Assembly: GCA_003280295.1 (NCBI GenBank)
Contig: QCFI01000004.1
Coordinates: 9,530-73,529 of the forward strand
Reading direction: 5' to 3'
Source of the DNA: Prochlorococcus sp. AG-363-C20
Lineage (GTDB): Bacteria > Cyanobacteriota > Cyanobacteriia > PCC-6307 > Cyanobiaceae
Length of the DNA: 64,000 nt
A program made the position numbers and the translations under genes. The notes beneath the pieces are model-generated. The model had not been told where the DNA came from, did not search any database, and worked only from the letters and a program-made list of their open reading frames with translations. Positions 20,557-32,124 of the stretch are shown piece by piece (the first letter of the stretch is position 1; each line of letters begins with the position of its first letter).

Positions 20557-21777
20557 TTAGGAATTAGAGGATAATACTTCTCTTTCTTCAGCTAATTTGT
20601 TAAACCAATTTATATAACTTTCTGGTCCCTTTCTAAAGAAGGTATTGAACTTAAGGGGATCCTCAAGATCACTTATTCCTTCAAGATCCTTGTTAGATAA
20701 GGTAGGGCGATCTACTTCTCCACTACTACTATCCACTAAAACAACTTTGTTCTGCAGATTATAAATTTTTCCTAGCTCTTGAATTAAAGTTAAAAACCCT
20801 CTATCACTTCCTCCTCTCAACCACTCTTTCCCGTCAGAGGACTTGTTTGATGTGACAGTATCCCCAACACCTATTAATAAGGGCATTTCTTTCTCTGTGA
20901 TTTTTTCTTGACATAAAGTTATAAGCCCTTTGATTGAATTTGGGGCGATTCTTGCATTGAAATTGTCTCCAAATGGGGCTCTTCCAAATTTGATTTGTAT
21001 ATATTTATTTATTAGCACAAGCAGGCCTGCTTCTTTTACAGCACCACTTAGCATAAATTGTATATCTGTTGTGCCAATGTCTCCTTGCGTAGAGAATTTT
21101 ATTCTTTCCTTATTGTTTATCTTACCAAGATTAGGTGCTATGTGTAAGTAGAATGAGTCTTTAAGACCTTTTTCTTTTGCAATCTCCATAATATTTTCCA
21201 TTATAACGTTAATACTTAGCTGAATTTCCCTTTGTAATTCTATATCTTGAGGAATAATATTGAAAATTCTATTTATATTTATTGTAGGAGAAAATCTTGT
21301 TGCTAGTATGGCGGAATTAGAGAGATTAACTATTTCCTGATGGCTGCACATAGGTATTGATTCTTTTAAAACCTTATATAGCATTTCTTCCATTAATTCG
21401 GGGATCTTCATGAGGAAATTTAATTCTTTTTTCGATACGCCGGGATATTGCACCTGCTTAAATCGATCTTGATATTCAATTCCCCCTGCAGCGAGACCAG
21501 GCAGATAAATATCATCTTTTAAGGGTAGTCCAGCCATTTTATAGGCATTTTCGATAACCCTATTTACACCTCTATACCCTTCATGCTCTCCATTCGTCAG
21601 GACTGCAAACTCCTCTTTTAGTTTTTTAGCAGACTCAACATATGATATATCGATTTTTCTCTCAAGTGGATTTTTCACTAGAGGTATGCATACACCATCA
21701 AGATCCTGCACAATAAGAAATGACTTTGTCTTTAGTATTTCATTTAGCAGTTCAGATGGACTCACCTCTTTTGACAT
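20557..21777 (-). CDS. stpA: Glucosylglycerol-phosphate phosphatase
   Basis: QDLDGVC, LTNGEHEG, GVGDTVTS, RGGSDRGFL. Confidence 0.93.
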   Translation of the reverse strand: MSKEVSPSELLNEILKTKSFLIVQDLDGVCIPLVKNPLERKIDISYVESAKKLKEEFAVLTNGEHEGYRGVNRVIENAYKMAGLPLKDDIYLPGLAAGGIEYQDRFKQVQYPGVSKKELNFLMKIPELMEEMLYKVLKESIPMCSHQEIVNLSNSAILATRFSPTININRIFNIIPQDIELQREIQLSINVIMENIMEIAKEKGLKDSFYLHIAPNLGKINNKERIKFSTQGDIGTTDIQFMLSGAVKEAGLLVLINKYIQIKFGRAPFGDNFNARIAPNSIKGLITLCQEKITEKEMPLLIGVGDTVTSNKSSDGKEWLRGGSDRGFLTLIQELGKIYNLQNKVVLVDSSSGEVDRPTLSNKDLEGISDLEDPLKFNTFFRKGPESYINWFNKLAEEREVLSSNS

Positions 21778-22065
21778 AGGCTTTTCCTTTAATAAAAGAA
21801 ATCATAACCTAGCTTATTATAAATAGTTTGATTTCTAGAAATGCTTATCTATATGTAAATACCTTTCTCAATAAATGTTTTTACTAGAGTTATAATCAAT
21901 AGTATTAATTGCTATTAATCAATTTAAACTAGTCTTATTTTCTTTTAGATGATATACTACAAAATTACAACCTCTTGCTGGTTTAGCCTTTTTTCAGGTA
22001 ATATCCATAAAATGTTAAAATTAATTCAAGTTTAGATAGTTTCAAATAGACGATTACTTACGTTT

Positions 22066-23577
22066 ATGAAGAACAATTTTTTTATTTATCCTCTAGATAA
22101 CGAGGCTCTAACTTTAAGGCTTAAACAAGTCGAATTTGGGAGAGTAGGTTTTTATAGTGTTGGATTATATCCAGCTTCGCTTGCATATAACTGTGCAATG
22201 CAAACAGATGGGAAGAGACTTTTGTTAGCACCTCGACCAAATCGAGACTTATTAGGTGCTTTTTCTCGGAAAATATTGGATGGAATGGATCCTAGTCATA
22301 TTGATACTATTTATAAGATGAGTACACATTTAGAAGGTGGAGCTATTGTAAAAAATAATTTATCCGATTTACTACTTAGATGTGAGCTGGTTGTGCTTAG
22401 TTCAAATAGTAACCATATTGAAACTGATCTTTATGAAGCTTGTAAATTAAGAAAAAAACTAAAGCGTGAACAAGTTGTCCTAGCCTGTTTAGCGGGTTCA
22501 TTTAACCATGATAAAAAGACAAATGATTCATATGTTTTATGTGAAAAGGAAACCAATTTAGCTTTCTTCTCAGGTTTCCATCGTCATGATGCGCTTCGTA
22601 ACCCTTTAGATAGCTTTACCGCAAACTTTTGTCATCCTAATGCTTTAACAGCTTTATTAGGGGCTCGTATGTTAGATAAACTCTCACCAAATATACAGGT
22701 TTCCTCTGGTGTTCACAATTTAGAAGGACAATATATAAAAGCAGCGAAGAATATAGCTTCAATCTTTGCTGGCTTTGCACACTCTTATCATTCTACAAAT
22801 CCTGGCTTATTGCCAACTTTATTAACTCTACTTTTGAATCAATGTTTAGACCAAGCAGCTACAGTTTCGATAAGTAGAAAGGATCGAGAACAATTATATG
22901 ATTTGCAACCATTTCCTTTGACTGAACTGGGATATGGTGTTCAAAAAATAGAAGCAGGGATTGTTAGGAATGGAGAGTTGGAGAAAATTAGAGATCATAC
23001 ATTTTCTCAATTAACAGCAATAGTAGCTGATGCAAGAGGAAGCATGATGCTACCAAAAATAGGCTTGCCAACAAGAAACTTTCAAGCTGGTCAAATTCTC
23101 GCGAAGCTCCTGATTGAGTTAAAACGATGTCCTTATAACATTGACGAATTATTTGAATGGTGTGAATCATCAGGTCTACAGATAGGAGGGATAGAAGGAT
23201 TAAAGTCATTATGTTATTGGCCAGATATTATTAAGAAGTATTCCATTCCGAAGCATGACTCGTCTATGAATAATTTGTTATTTATGGCGATATATGGGCC
23301 AAAAGACAAAAAAGGAATTTTTTATAAAGTTCTAACTCAAACTCGTGAATTGGCTAACTTTTGCCAGGAATCGGTAAGACCAAAATATAGTAGAAGATAT
23401 ACAGAAGCATTGAATAGTCTTAATAAGCAGGAATCGTTAGATTTAATCTTAAATTGTATTCAATCAGAAAATGAAAGCGCATGTCCAATAACTACTTCTG
23501 AAATTCAATTCCAACAATCAAAAGAAAATGAAACTTTATATCGAGAAGCTATAAAAATTATAGATTCAGAAATTTGA
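22066..23577 (+). CDS. Divergent GpsA-fold (glycerol-3-phosphate dehydrogenase-like) protein
   Basis: Collinear motifs VGFYSVGLYPASLA, LVVLSSNS, FFSGFH, KAAKNIASIFAG, TRNFQAG, IEGL; ORF secure, function inferred. Confidence 0.6.
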   Translation: MKNNFFIYPLDNEALTLRLKQVEFGRVGFYSVGLYPASLAYNCAMQTDGKRLLLAPRPNRDLLGAFSRKILDGMDPSHIDTIYKMSTHLEGGAIVKNNLSDLLLRCELVVLSSNSNHIETDLYEACKLRKKLKREQVVLACLAGSFNHDKKTNDSYVLCEKETNLAFFSGFHRHDALRNPLDSFTANFCHPNALTALLGARMLDKLSPNIQVSSGVHNLEGQYIKAAKNIASIFAGFAHSYHSTNPGLLPTLLTLLLNQCLDQAATVSISRKDREQLYDLQPFPLTELGYGVQKIEAGIVRNGELEKIRDHTFSQLTAIVADARGSMMLPKIGLPTRNFQAGQILAKLLIELKRCPYNIDELFEWCESSGLQIGGIEGLKSLCYWPDIIKKYSIPKHDSSMNNLLFMAIYGPKDKKGIFYKVLTQTRELANFCQESVRPKYSRRYTEALNSLNKQESLDLILNCIQSENESACPITTSEIQFQQSKENETLYREAIKIIDSEI

Positions 23578-23671
23578 ACTAATTATTTTTGAAATAGTGT
23601 TCAAAGCTTATTTGCCGAAAAAATAGTAATAATATCATGTTATCTTTATATTCTAGCGTCTCCTAGCATTT

Positions 23672-24865
23672 TTGAGTATACTTAATAAATTTAATCAGGA
23701 AATAAAATTGAACATTACTAACCATCTTTCTAAGCAATATCTGCTTCAAATAGCTGGTGAATTCTGCTTGAAAAGAGAAATTATTGGCATAGAAGAGTTG
23801 AGTTCTGGGAATATAAATACTACTTTTAGAGTAAATGTCAAGAATTTAAAAAGGGAAAAATCGTTTATTTTGCAACGAGTTAATAAATTTGTGTTCCCTT
23901 CTCCTGAAAATATTATTCTAAATTGGATTTTAATTAGTGAACATCTTGCAAGGAAGATATGTATTAAGCCTTTTACTCTTGTTAAACGAAGATGGGAAAT
24001 TCCAATGATAATTTCTCCTAAAACTAATTCTAAACCTTGGTTAAGACAAGATGCTCAATACTGGCGTTCGATAAATTTTATTGACTGTTCAAAGAACTAT
24101 GATTTAATAAATGATTCAAATCAAGCGAAGGAAGTTGGATTTTCTCTTGGTGTCTTTCATGATTTAACTAGTGACTTCCCTCGGGAAAGATTAGTTAAGC
24201 CAGTTCAGACTCTTCATGACATAGAAAAAGTGCTTTTAGAATATGATCAAGCATTAGCTTCCTATAAACCTAAACCTTTAAGGACTACTAATATTATTAA
24301 TAGATTAAGTTTCTTGCAGACTTTTATTGATAATAAACGCTCTGATGCATTTGTATTGCAAGAGGCGATTAATAGAGGTGATCTTAAATCTAAGCTTATA
24401 CATGGTGATCCTAAGATATCCAATTTCATGTTTGATGTAAATACAAACGAGGCAATCTCTCTAATAGACTTTGATACCATACATTCAGGAGTTATACTAT
24501 ATGACTTGGGAGATTGCCTTCGTTCATGTTGTAATCCCTCTGGAGAAGAACCTGATGACATTAATAACGTTTTTTTTAATTTAGATTTATGTGAAGCATG
24601 GCTTAAAGGTTATTTAACTTCAGCAAGATCCTGTTTGGATGAATATGATATGTATTATCTCCCTTATAGCATTCGCCTCATCTCCTTTGAATTAGGAATT
24701 AGATTCCTAACAGATTATCTTAATGGTAATATTTACTTTAAAACTCTGACTAGCTACCAAAATATATATAGAGCGGAAGTTCAATTTGCCATTGTTAAAA
24801 GTATTGATGAAAATTGGAGTGATTTGATTAAAATGATTAGGAAATTAAGAAAGTATTATTTTTAA
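23672..24865 (+). CDS. APH/choline-kinase-fold phosphotransferase, N-acetylhexosamine 1-kinase (NahK)-like
   Basis: GNINTT, ILQRVN..VF, HGDPKISN, IDFDT, DLGDCLRS, RFLTDYLNGNIYFK. Confidence 0.85.
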   Translation: MSILNKFNQEIKLNITNHLSKQYLLQIAGEFCLKREIIGIEELSSGNINTTFRVNVKNLKREKSFILQRVNKFVFPSPENIILNWILISEHLARKICIKPFTLVKRRWEIPMIISPKTNSKPWLRQDAQYWRSINFIDCSKNYDLINDSNQAKEVGFSLGVFHDLTSDFPRERLVKPVQTLHDIEKVLLEYDQALASYKPKPLRTTNIINRLSFLQTFIDNKRSDAFVLQEAINRGDLKSKLIHGDPKISNFMFDVNTNEAISLIDFDTIHSGVILYDLGDCLRSCCNPSGEEPDDINNVFFNLDLCEAWLKGYLTSARSCLDEYDMYYLPYSIRLISFELGIRFLTDYLNGNIYFKTLTSYQNIYRAEVQFAIVKSIDENWSDLIKMIRKLRKYYF

Positions 24866-25064
24866 ATAATAATCAAATTCATGCAAACTCTTTAGGATGG
24901 CTTAGAATAAAAATTTTAGTTTGAAGAAAAGCTATTTATTTCAAACAAGAAATTCTCGTGTAAGACCTTTCTACTATTTTAACTCCTTTGCACCTCCTGA
25001 AATTTATTTCATTGTCAATTTGTTCAGCCTCTCCTACCCTCAAATAAATTTGTAAGCAACTCGA

Positions 25065-25757
25065 GTGGTTAAAGAATCTACACACAGAGCCGATGAACTG
25101 AAAGATCTTGGCTGGTCTAGTGATGATGTTGCACGATATGTAGAGCTCTGGGACTACAGACAAAGGTGGGGGGCGATAAATTTAGAGAGAGAAGACAGGC
25201 AATTTCTAAGGAAGGCAGAAGCTGCTTTGCCTGCAATTGTCAGTGGGAAGATCTCTATAAAAAAAACAATTCAGGAAAAATCTTATTACCGCAGACTCCG
25301 TTTTTATCTCAATGCTATGGATGTTGCCGAAAGTAAATTTGATCTTCCTTTAGGTGCTAGAGGTCTCTGGCCAATCATTCTTGAAGAGGAATTGAGAGCA
25401 CTTGATTATTATGAGCCAGTATTAGGTTTGCCGGACACAATTAAGGCTAAAGCTCTTGAACCTGTTCGAGAGGACATAATTGAAAAATCATCAAAATCAG
25501 AAAGACAGCTCCAATTGTTGAATTTTGACTTTAAGGCTCCTCTTGATGAATTGAAAATTAAGGAAACTGTAAGCTGGAAACCACTTCGAGAAAAACAAGC
25601 AGCGGGAGACAATACTTATCCAGTCCTCAAACCAGGAGCAGTAAGTGATTTTCGTAAAGAGGTCCGTAAGCAATTAATACCTTTAATTAGGAGTATGCTG
25701 CCTTCCTTGATTGATACTGATAAACCAGAACCTCCTGATGATTGGAGTCGGGAATGA
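25065..25757 (+). CDS. Conserved picocyanobacterial hypothetical protein
   Basis: RY.ELWDYRQRWGAINL motif; likely operon with metY-metA. Confidence 0.85.
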   Translation: MVKESTHRADELKDLGWSSDDVARYVELWDYRQRWGAINLEREDRQFLRKAEAALPAIVSGKISIKKTIQEKSYYRRLRFYLNAMDVAESKFDLPLGARGLWPIILEEELRALDYYEPVLGLPDTIKAKALEPVREDIIEKSSKSERQLQLLNFDFKAPLDELKIKETVSWKPLREKQAAGDNTYPVLKPGAVSDFRKEVRKQLIPLIRSMLPSLIDTDKPEPPDDWSRE

Positions 25758-25779
25758 CTTTTCTTAGCTAGAAAGATAG

Positions 25780-27135
<1,356 letters not shown>

Positions 27136-27147
27136 AGGATAATTAAA

Positions 27148-28041
27148 TTGGCTCTAATATTACCCAAAAGCTATCATAAAATCTCAGCCGTTGAACGCAA
27201 CCATATTTCTTGGATTGAGCCCGAACTTGCAGAGAGACAGGATATTAGACCTTTGAGAATTGGAATATTGAATGTAATGCCTTTAGGTAAACAGTATGAA
27301 TTCAATCTCCTACACCCATTAGGACTTTCCCCACTTCAAATAGAACCTATTTGGATACGTTTGAAGACCCACTCTTATAAAACATGGGATATTTCACATT
27401 TAGATGCTTTATATGTTGACTGGGAAGAGGCGATGTCTTCTACTCCACTTGATGGTTTGATAATTACAGGAGCTCCTGTTGAACACATTGCTTATGAGAA
27501 GGTTAACTATTGGATAGAATTAGTTGAAATTGTTGAAGAGGCTAGAAGTTGTTGTGCTAGCACTCTGGGTCTTTGTTGGGCAGGATTTGCACTGGCTTAT
27601 CTGGCAGGTGTAGATAAAGAATCCTTTTCTGAAAAGCTTTTTGGTGTGTTTCCAATGAGAAGCTTAGTGCCTAGTCATCCTCTTATGGGTACACAAGATG
27701 ATTATTTCTTCTGCCCACAGAGTCGTCATGCAGGTTTACCTGACGCCGCCATGGAAGCTGCTCAACGTCAAGGGCGATTACGCTTGCTTGCTCATGGGGA
27801 AAAGGTTGGATACACAATATTTGAGACTACAGATCAGCGACAATTAATGCATTTAGGTCATCCTGAATACAACGCAGGTCGTATCCTTTCTGAGATGGAG
27901 AGAGATAGAGCTAGAGGGGATGTTCCACCACCAGAAAATTTTGATCCAGACAACTCGCAGACTTCATGGAGATCACATAGGAATTTACTGTTTCAACAAT
28001 GGCTCTGGTTTTGTTACCAACGTGTTAGTTTGATAACTTGA
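27148..28041 (+). CDS. metA: Homoserine O-acyltransferase (MetA family, likely acetyl-specific)
   Basis: QDIRPL, ITGAPVE, LCW, GHPEY. Confidence 0.93.
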   Translation: MALILPKSYHKISAVERNHISWIEPELAERQDIRPLRIGILNVMPLGKQYEFNLLHPLGLSPLQIEPIWIRLKTHSYKTWDISHLDALYVDWEEAMSSTPLDGLIITGAPVEHIAYEKVNYWIELVEIVEEARSCCASTLGLCWAGFALAYLAGVDKESFSEKLFGVFPMRSLVPSHPLMGTQDDYFFCPQSRHAGLPDAAMEAAQRQGRLRLLAHGEKVGYTIFETTDQRQLMHLGHPEYNAGRILSEMERDRARGDVPPPENFDPDNSQTSWRSHRNLLFQQWLWFCYQRVSLIT

Positions 28042-28159
28042 TTGTAGATGTTTTTTAGAAAGTTCAAATTAGTGAATACTTATTTATCTATCTAGTCTGT
28101 CATATTAATCGAGTTTCTTTTAAGCTGTCTTGATACTTAAGCTTTGCATTTAAGCCATA

Positions 28160-28738
28160 ATGAAGTCTCTTTCAGAAGGTCGCCCGTGGACTCTTTTGTC
28201 TTCATGGATGAATATTCGTGAAAGTGAGAATTGGCAGAAAAAGATTAACAAGAATTTGACATGGGAACAGCCTGTTGTTCGAATTTACGGATCATCATAC
28301 TTAGTTCCAAGAAAGACGAAATTTATTGCTGAAAATAAAATCTGTTATTCCTATAGTGGGATTAGGCATTATGGAAATGGTTGGCCTAATTGGTTTTATC
28401 CACTATTAGAAATGGTTAACTCTGCAAGTAATGTTAAATTTAATGGTTGTCTTCTTAATCTCTATAGGAATGGTTATGACCGAATGGGATGGCATTCAGA
28501 TAATGAGCCTGAACTTGATTTGACAAAACCGATTTCTTCTTTATCTCTTGGAGCGATTAGAGATTTTGTCTTGAAACATCGTACTCAGGAGTTTAAAGAG
28601 TCTCTGTCCCTTCAAGCAGGTGACTTGTTAATAATGAATCCTATTTGCCAAAAAGAATGGATTCACTCAATTCCAATCAGAAGAAATATTAAAAATGAAA
28701 GAATCAATTTAACTTTTCGTTGTTATAAAAAAGATTAA
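28160..28738 (+). CDS. AlkB-like 2OG-Fe(II) dioxygenase
   Basis: LLNLYR.G.D.MGWHSDNE, WIHSIP, RINLTFR. Confidence 0.92.
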   Translation: MKSLSEGRPWTLLSSWMNIRESENWQKKINKNLTWEQPVVRIYGSSYLVPRKTKFIAENKICYSYSGIRHYGNGWPNWFYPLLEMVNSASNVKFNGCLLNLYRNGYDRMGWHSDNEPELDLTKPISSLSLGAIRDFVLKHRTQEFKESLSLQAGDLLIMNPICQKEWIHSIPIRRNIKNERINLTFRCYKKD

Positions 28739-28820
28739 ACTATATCTATTTGACTATAGATAATTAATATATAAGATTCAAATTTATAGTGCTTCTATTA
28801 TTGATATATTTCTTGGAACT

Positions 28821-29093
28821 TTAGTCTGAATCAGCTTTTTTTTCGTTAGCTTTAGCTTCTGCAGCTGCTTTAGCTTTAGCTTCTGCAGCTGCTTTAGCTT
28901 TAGCTTCTGCAGCTGCTTTAGCTTTAGCTTCTGCAGCTGCTTTAGCTTTAGCTTCTGCAGCTGCTTGTTCTGCAGCTGCTTTTTGAGCGTTATAGGACTT
29001 GGAAGTCTTGTTGTCGCAGAACTTTAAGAAGCCAATAACTATTGGTATGTGGACTGCTCCACCAAGCATGACTTGAACTTGGCTATAAGCCAT
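28821..29093 (-). CDS. Membrane-anchored Ala/Glu/Lys repeat protein
   Basis: Hydrophobic N-terminus followed by (AAAEAKAK)n. Confidence 0.8.
   Translation of the reverse strand: MAYSQVQVMLGGAVHIPIVIGFLKFCDNKTSKSYNAQKAAAEQAAAEAKAKAAAEAKAKAAAEAKAKAAAEAKAKAAAEAKANEKKADSD
28846..28966. repeat. Perfect 24-bp tandem repeat, about 5 copies
   Basis: Unit GCTTTAGCTTCTGCAGCTGCTTTA. Confidence 0.95.
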
Positions 29094-29265
29094 ATGTCTA
29101 ATTAATTCAATGATTCCAAGTATACAGTGACTTAGTATTTGTTATTTATGAGAAGAGCTGTTGTCTTCTTATTTCTTACAAATCTTTTGTGGTCTTAGGT
29201 TGAGCTTTCATTTTTTGGTAACAGAGTTGTTTTTGCCGTATTTAGGAGGCGACGAATGAAATCCT

Positions 29266-30009
29266 TTACTCCATCATTTGATTTAGAAACTTTCTACTGC
29301 GTTCTTCACGAGCATTGCTGAAAAAATCTTTAGGGGTTGAGGTCTCAATAACTTTTCCTTGATCCATTAAAAGTACCCGGTCGGCGACTTCGCGGGCAAA
29401 TGATATTTCGTGAGTCACTACGACCATGGTCATACCTTTAAAAGCAAGTGATCTCATAGCATCAAGTACCTCTTTTACTCTTTCTGGATCTAATGCACTT
29501 GTTGGCTCATCGAAAAGCAAGATTTCAGGATCGAGTGCTAAAGCTCTTGCGATAGCAACCCTTTGCTGCTGTCCTCCACTTAGTTGACTTGGATATTTTT
29601 TAAATTGGTCTTCTATACCCATTTGATGTAGTAATTCAATAGCTATTTCTTCAGCTTCTTTTCGGGGACGGTGTTGAACTTTGATAGGGGCCAGTGTAAT
29701 GTTGTCTAGAATTGAAAGATGGGGGAAAAGATTAAATTGTTGAAAAACCATTCCTACTCGGCGACGAATCTCTCTAATGAGTTTCTCGTCAGGATAGGGT
29801 TCTAGCTTCATACCTAATATTTCTAAAGTACCTTCTTGGAAACCTTCAAGACCATTAAAAGTTCTTATAAGAGTGCTTTTCCCAGACCCAGAAGGGCCCA
29901 TTACGACAAGGACTTCACCTCTTTTGACTGTTAATGAAACATTGTCAAGTGCAAGATTGTATTTCCCAAAGTACTTAAGTATTCTTTTGGCCTTTATAGC
30001 AAATTCCAT
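29266..30009 (-). CDS. Polar amino-acid ABC transporter ATPase
   Basis: GPSGSGKS, LSGGQQQR, FDEPTSALD. Confidence 0.95.
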   Translation of the reverse strand: MEFAIKAKRILKYFGKYNLALDNVSLTVKRGEVLVVMGPSGSGKSTLIRTFNGLEGFQEGTLEILGMKLEPYPDEKLIREIRRRVGMVFQQFNLFPHLSILDNITLAPIKVQHRPRKEAEEIAIELLHQMGIEDQFKKYPSQLSGGQQQRVAIARALALDPEILLFDEPTSALDPERVKEVLDAMRSLAFKGMTMVVVTHEISFAREVADRVLLMDQGKVIETSTPKDFFSNAREERSRKFLNQMME

Positions 30010-30014
30010 TGTTG

Positions 30015-31043
30015 TTATTTAGGTGATTGTTGAGGATTAAGTTGATGTTCAATTTGCCTTGAAAGTAAGGCTATAACCGTACATATAAGCCAGTAAACAA
30101 CTGCTAACCATATGTAAACTTCTAAATATCTACCTATAAAGTCTGGGTTTGCAAGAATACTTCTGCTAATTCCTAGTAGTTCAACCAACCCAAGTATTGC
30201 CATAAGACTTGTATTCTGTAGCAGTCCAATAGCTTGATTAGTAAGAGCAGGTAGGGCTGTTTTGAGAGCTTGTGGTAGAACGACCAGCTGGAGAGTTTGC
30301 TTGGGATTTAGTCCTAGTACAGCTGAGGCCTCGTATTGTGTTGGAGGGATTGCTTGCAAGCCACCTCTGATGTCTTCAGCTACATAGGAAGACGCAAATA
30401 GTCCAAATGCTAAAACAGCACGGATGAAACGGCTGATTTCAAAACTTACTGGTAAAAAGAGAGGGATTAAGAGTTGACCGAAAAAAAGTACAGCAATTAG
30501 GGGAATAGATCTCATTAAATCTATGTATACTCTGCAAATTGAACTTACAAAAGTTAGACTACTATGACGTCCTAATGCTAGAAAAATTCCTAAAGGTAAA
30601 GCCAATAATGCACTACATAGTGTAAGAATTAATGTTAGTAATATCCCCCCCCAATCAGATGTTTTAACTGGACTTAATCCAAATCCTCCTGCTAAAAGAA
30701 AAATTCCAAGAGGAGTAATCATTATCCAAAAGGAAGATAATGATTTTTTTAGATGACCTTTATGCCTCCCTAATAATGTGAATAAGGATAGGGCACTTAA
30801 AAGGGTTAGCCATAGTTGAGGCCTCCATTGTTTTTCTACTGGATAGCTACCAAAAATATATAGCCTTAGGTTTTCAGTTACTACAGTCCAATCAGCGATT
30901 GTAAATAACCATCGGAGTACACTTGATGCTGTCCAATAAATAATTGATAGCAAAATTATTGTAATAATTGTGTCTATTGGATTTTGGAAAAGATTTCGTC
31001 TGGCTTTTTTGACTAGCTTTTGACATGTCAGATTCATAATCAA
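30015..31043 (-). CDS. Amino-acid ABC permease (AapM/NatH-like)
   Basis: Polytopic; AEDIRGGLQAIP EAA-type loop. Confidence 0.92.
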   Translation of the reverse strand: MIMNLTCQKLVKKARRNLFQNPIDTIITIILLSIIYWTASSVLRWLFTIADWTVVTENLRLYIFGSYPVEKQWRPQLWLTLLSALSLFTLLGRHKGHLKKSLSSFWIMITPLGIFLLAGGFGLSPVKTSDWGGILLTLILTLCSALLALPLGIFLALGRHSSLTFVSSICRVYIDLMRSIPLIAVLFFGQLLIPLFLPVSFEISRFIRAVLAFGLFASSYVAEDIRGGLQAIPPTQYEASAVLGLNPKQTLQLVVLPQALKTALPALTNQAIGLLQNTSLMAILGLVELLGISRSILANPDFIGRYLEVYIWLAVVYWLICTVIALLSRQIEHQLNPQQSPK

Positions 31044-31220
31044 AAAAAGAATTACTTTTAGGACTTTCTTTTAGGACTTTATTTATATGAATTAGAGTCT
31101 TACTGAATAGTTAATTGCTAAATCTTACTTTAACTCTATTCAGGCTGCTTTTCATAGGCGCTTTCGGATGGATATTTATTAAATAAATAATATAACATTA
31201 ATTAAGCCTATTGCTTTTTC

Positions 31221-32117
31221 TCAACGATAATTGGTTCGCATTGTTAGCCGGTTGAATATTTCCATCCCTCCACTAATTATTAGATTTAGGAGTAAAAAAC
31301 TGAGCAATAGAATTAGAAAACCTTCTATAGCTCTTCCTGTTTGAGTAATTGTAGTATCACTTACTGCATATAGATCTGCATAACCAACGGCAATTGCAAG
31401 AGTACTATTCTTAGCTAAATTTAAATATTGACTGGTAAGGCCAGGGATAATTGCTGGCAAGGCTTGAGGTAAAATTATCTTTATAATACCCATTGTTTCT
31501 GAGATCCCAAGGCTTCGGAAGGCTTCCCATTGTCCTTTAGATACGGAATTCAGGCCGCCACGCACTACTTCTGCGATAGATGCGCCAGTAAAAATACTTA
31601 AGCCACTAAGTAATGCAAGAAACTCTACACTAAGGTCTATCCCAATTAATTTAACTCCTTGATTTGAAACTATTAATAGAGATCCAAATAGTGGAATTGG
31701 ATCTCTACTAAGCCCTAGAAAAACAACGAAATACCAGAACATTAATTGTATTAGTAATGGAATCTGTCTTATAAGAACAACATATAGGCTGGAAATTTTT
31801 TTTAATAGAATATTCTTACTAATTCTTGCCAAACCGGCTAATAGACCTAGAAATGTTGATATTAATAAAGCAAAGATAATAACTTTCAAGCTATTTATCC
31901 AACCATTGCAAAGAGCCCAAGCATAATTATCAGATGGTTTGAAAGGTAGTGAGTTTTCTGCGAGTGCAAAGCCTGAAGGTTCAATTAACCATGTAAAGTT
32001 TAGTCCCATGCCTGTTCGGATCAGATTTACCGCCAGGTTGCTAATTAAAACGCTCAAAAGAGCTAATAGAGATAATGAAAAAAATAATTGAAATATCAAC
32101 CTCTTAGAGTCTTTCAT
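31221..32117 (-). CDS. Amino-acid ABC permease (AapQ/NatG-like)
   Basis: AEVVRGG..SVSKGQWEA; KNSTLAIAVGY. Confidence 0.92.
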   Translation of the reverse strand: MKDSKRLIFQLFFSLSLLALLSVLISNLAVNLIRTGMGLNFTWLIEPSGFALAENSLPFKPSDNYAWALCNGWINSLKVIIFALLISTFLGLLAGLARISKNILLKKISSLYVVLIRQIPLLIQLMFWYFVVFLGLSRDPIPLFGSLLIVSNQGVKLIGIDLSVEFLALLSGLSIFTGASIAEVVRGGLNSVSKGQWEAFRSLGISETMGIIKIILPQALPAIIPGLTSQYLNLAKNSTLAIAVGYADLYAVSDTTITQTGRAIEGFLILLLSFLLLNLIISGGMEIFNRLTMRTNYR

Positions 32118-32124
32118 CTTAGAT

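Noticed and set aside
28846-28966. CRISPR-like repeat
   Set aside because: No spacers, in-frame coding repeat, and no cas genes.
31055-31080. Tandem 13-mer CTTTTAGGACTTT x2 in the ABC operon gap
   Set aside because: Only two copies in AT-rich DNA; most simply a local slippage duplication.
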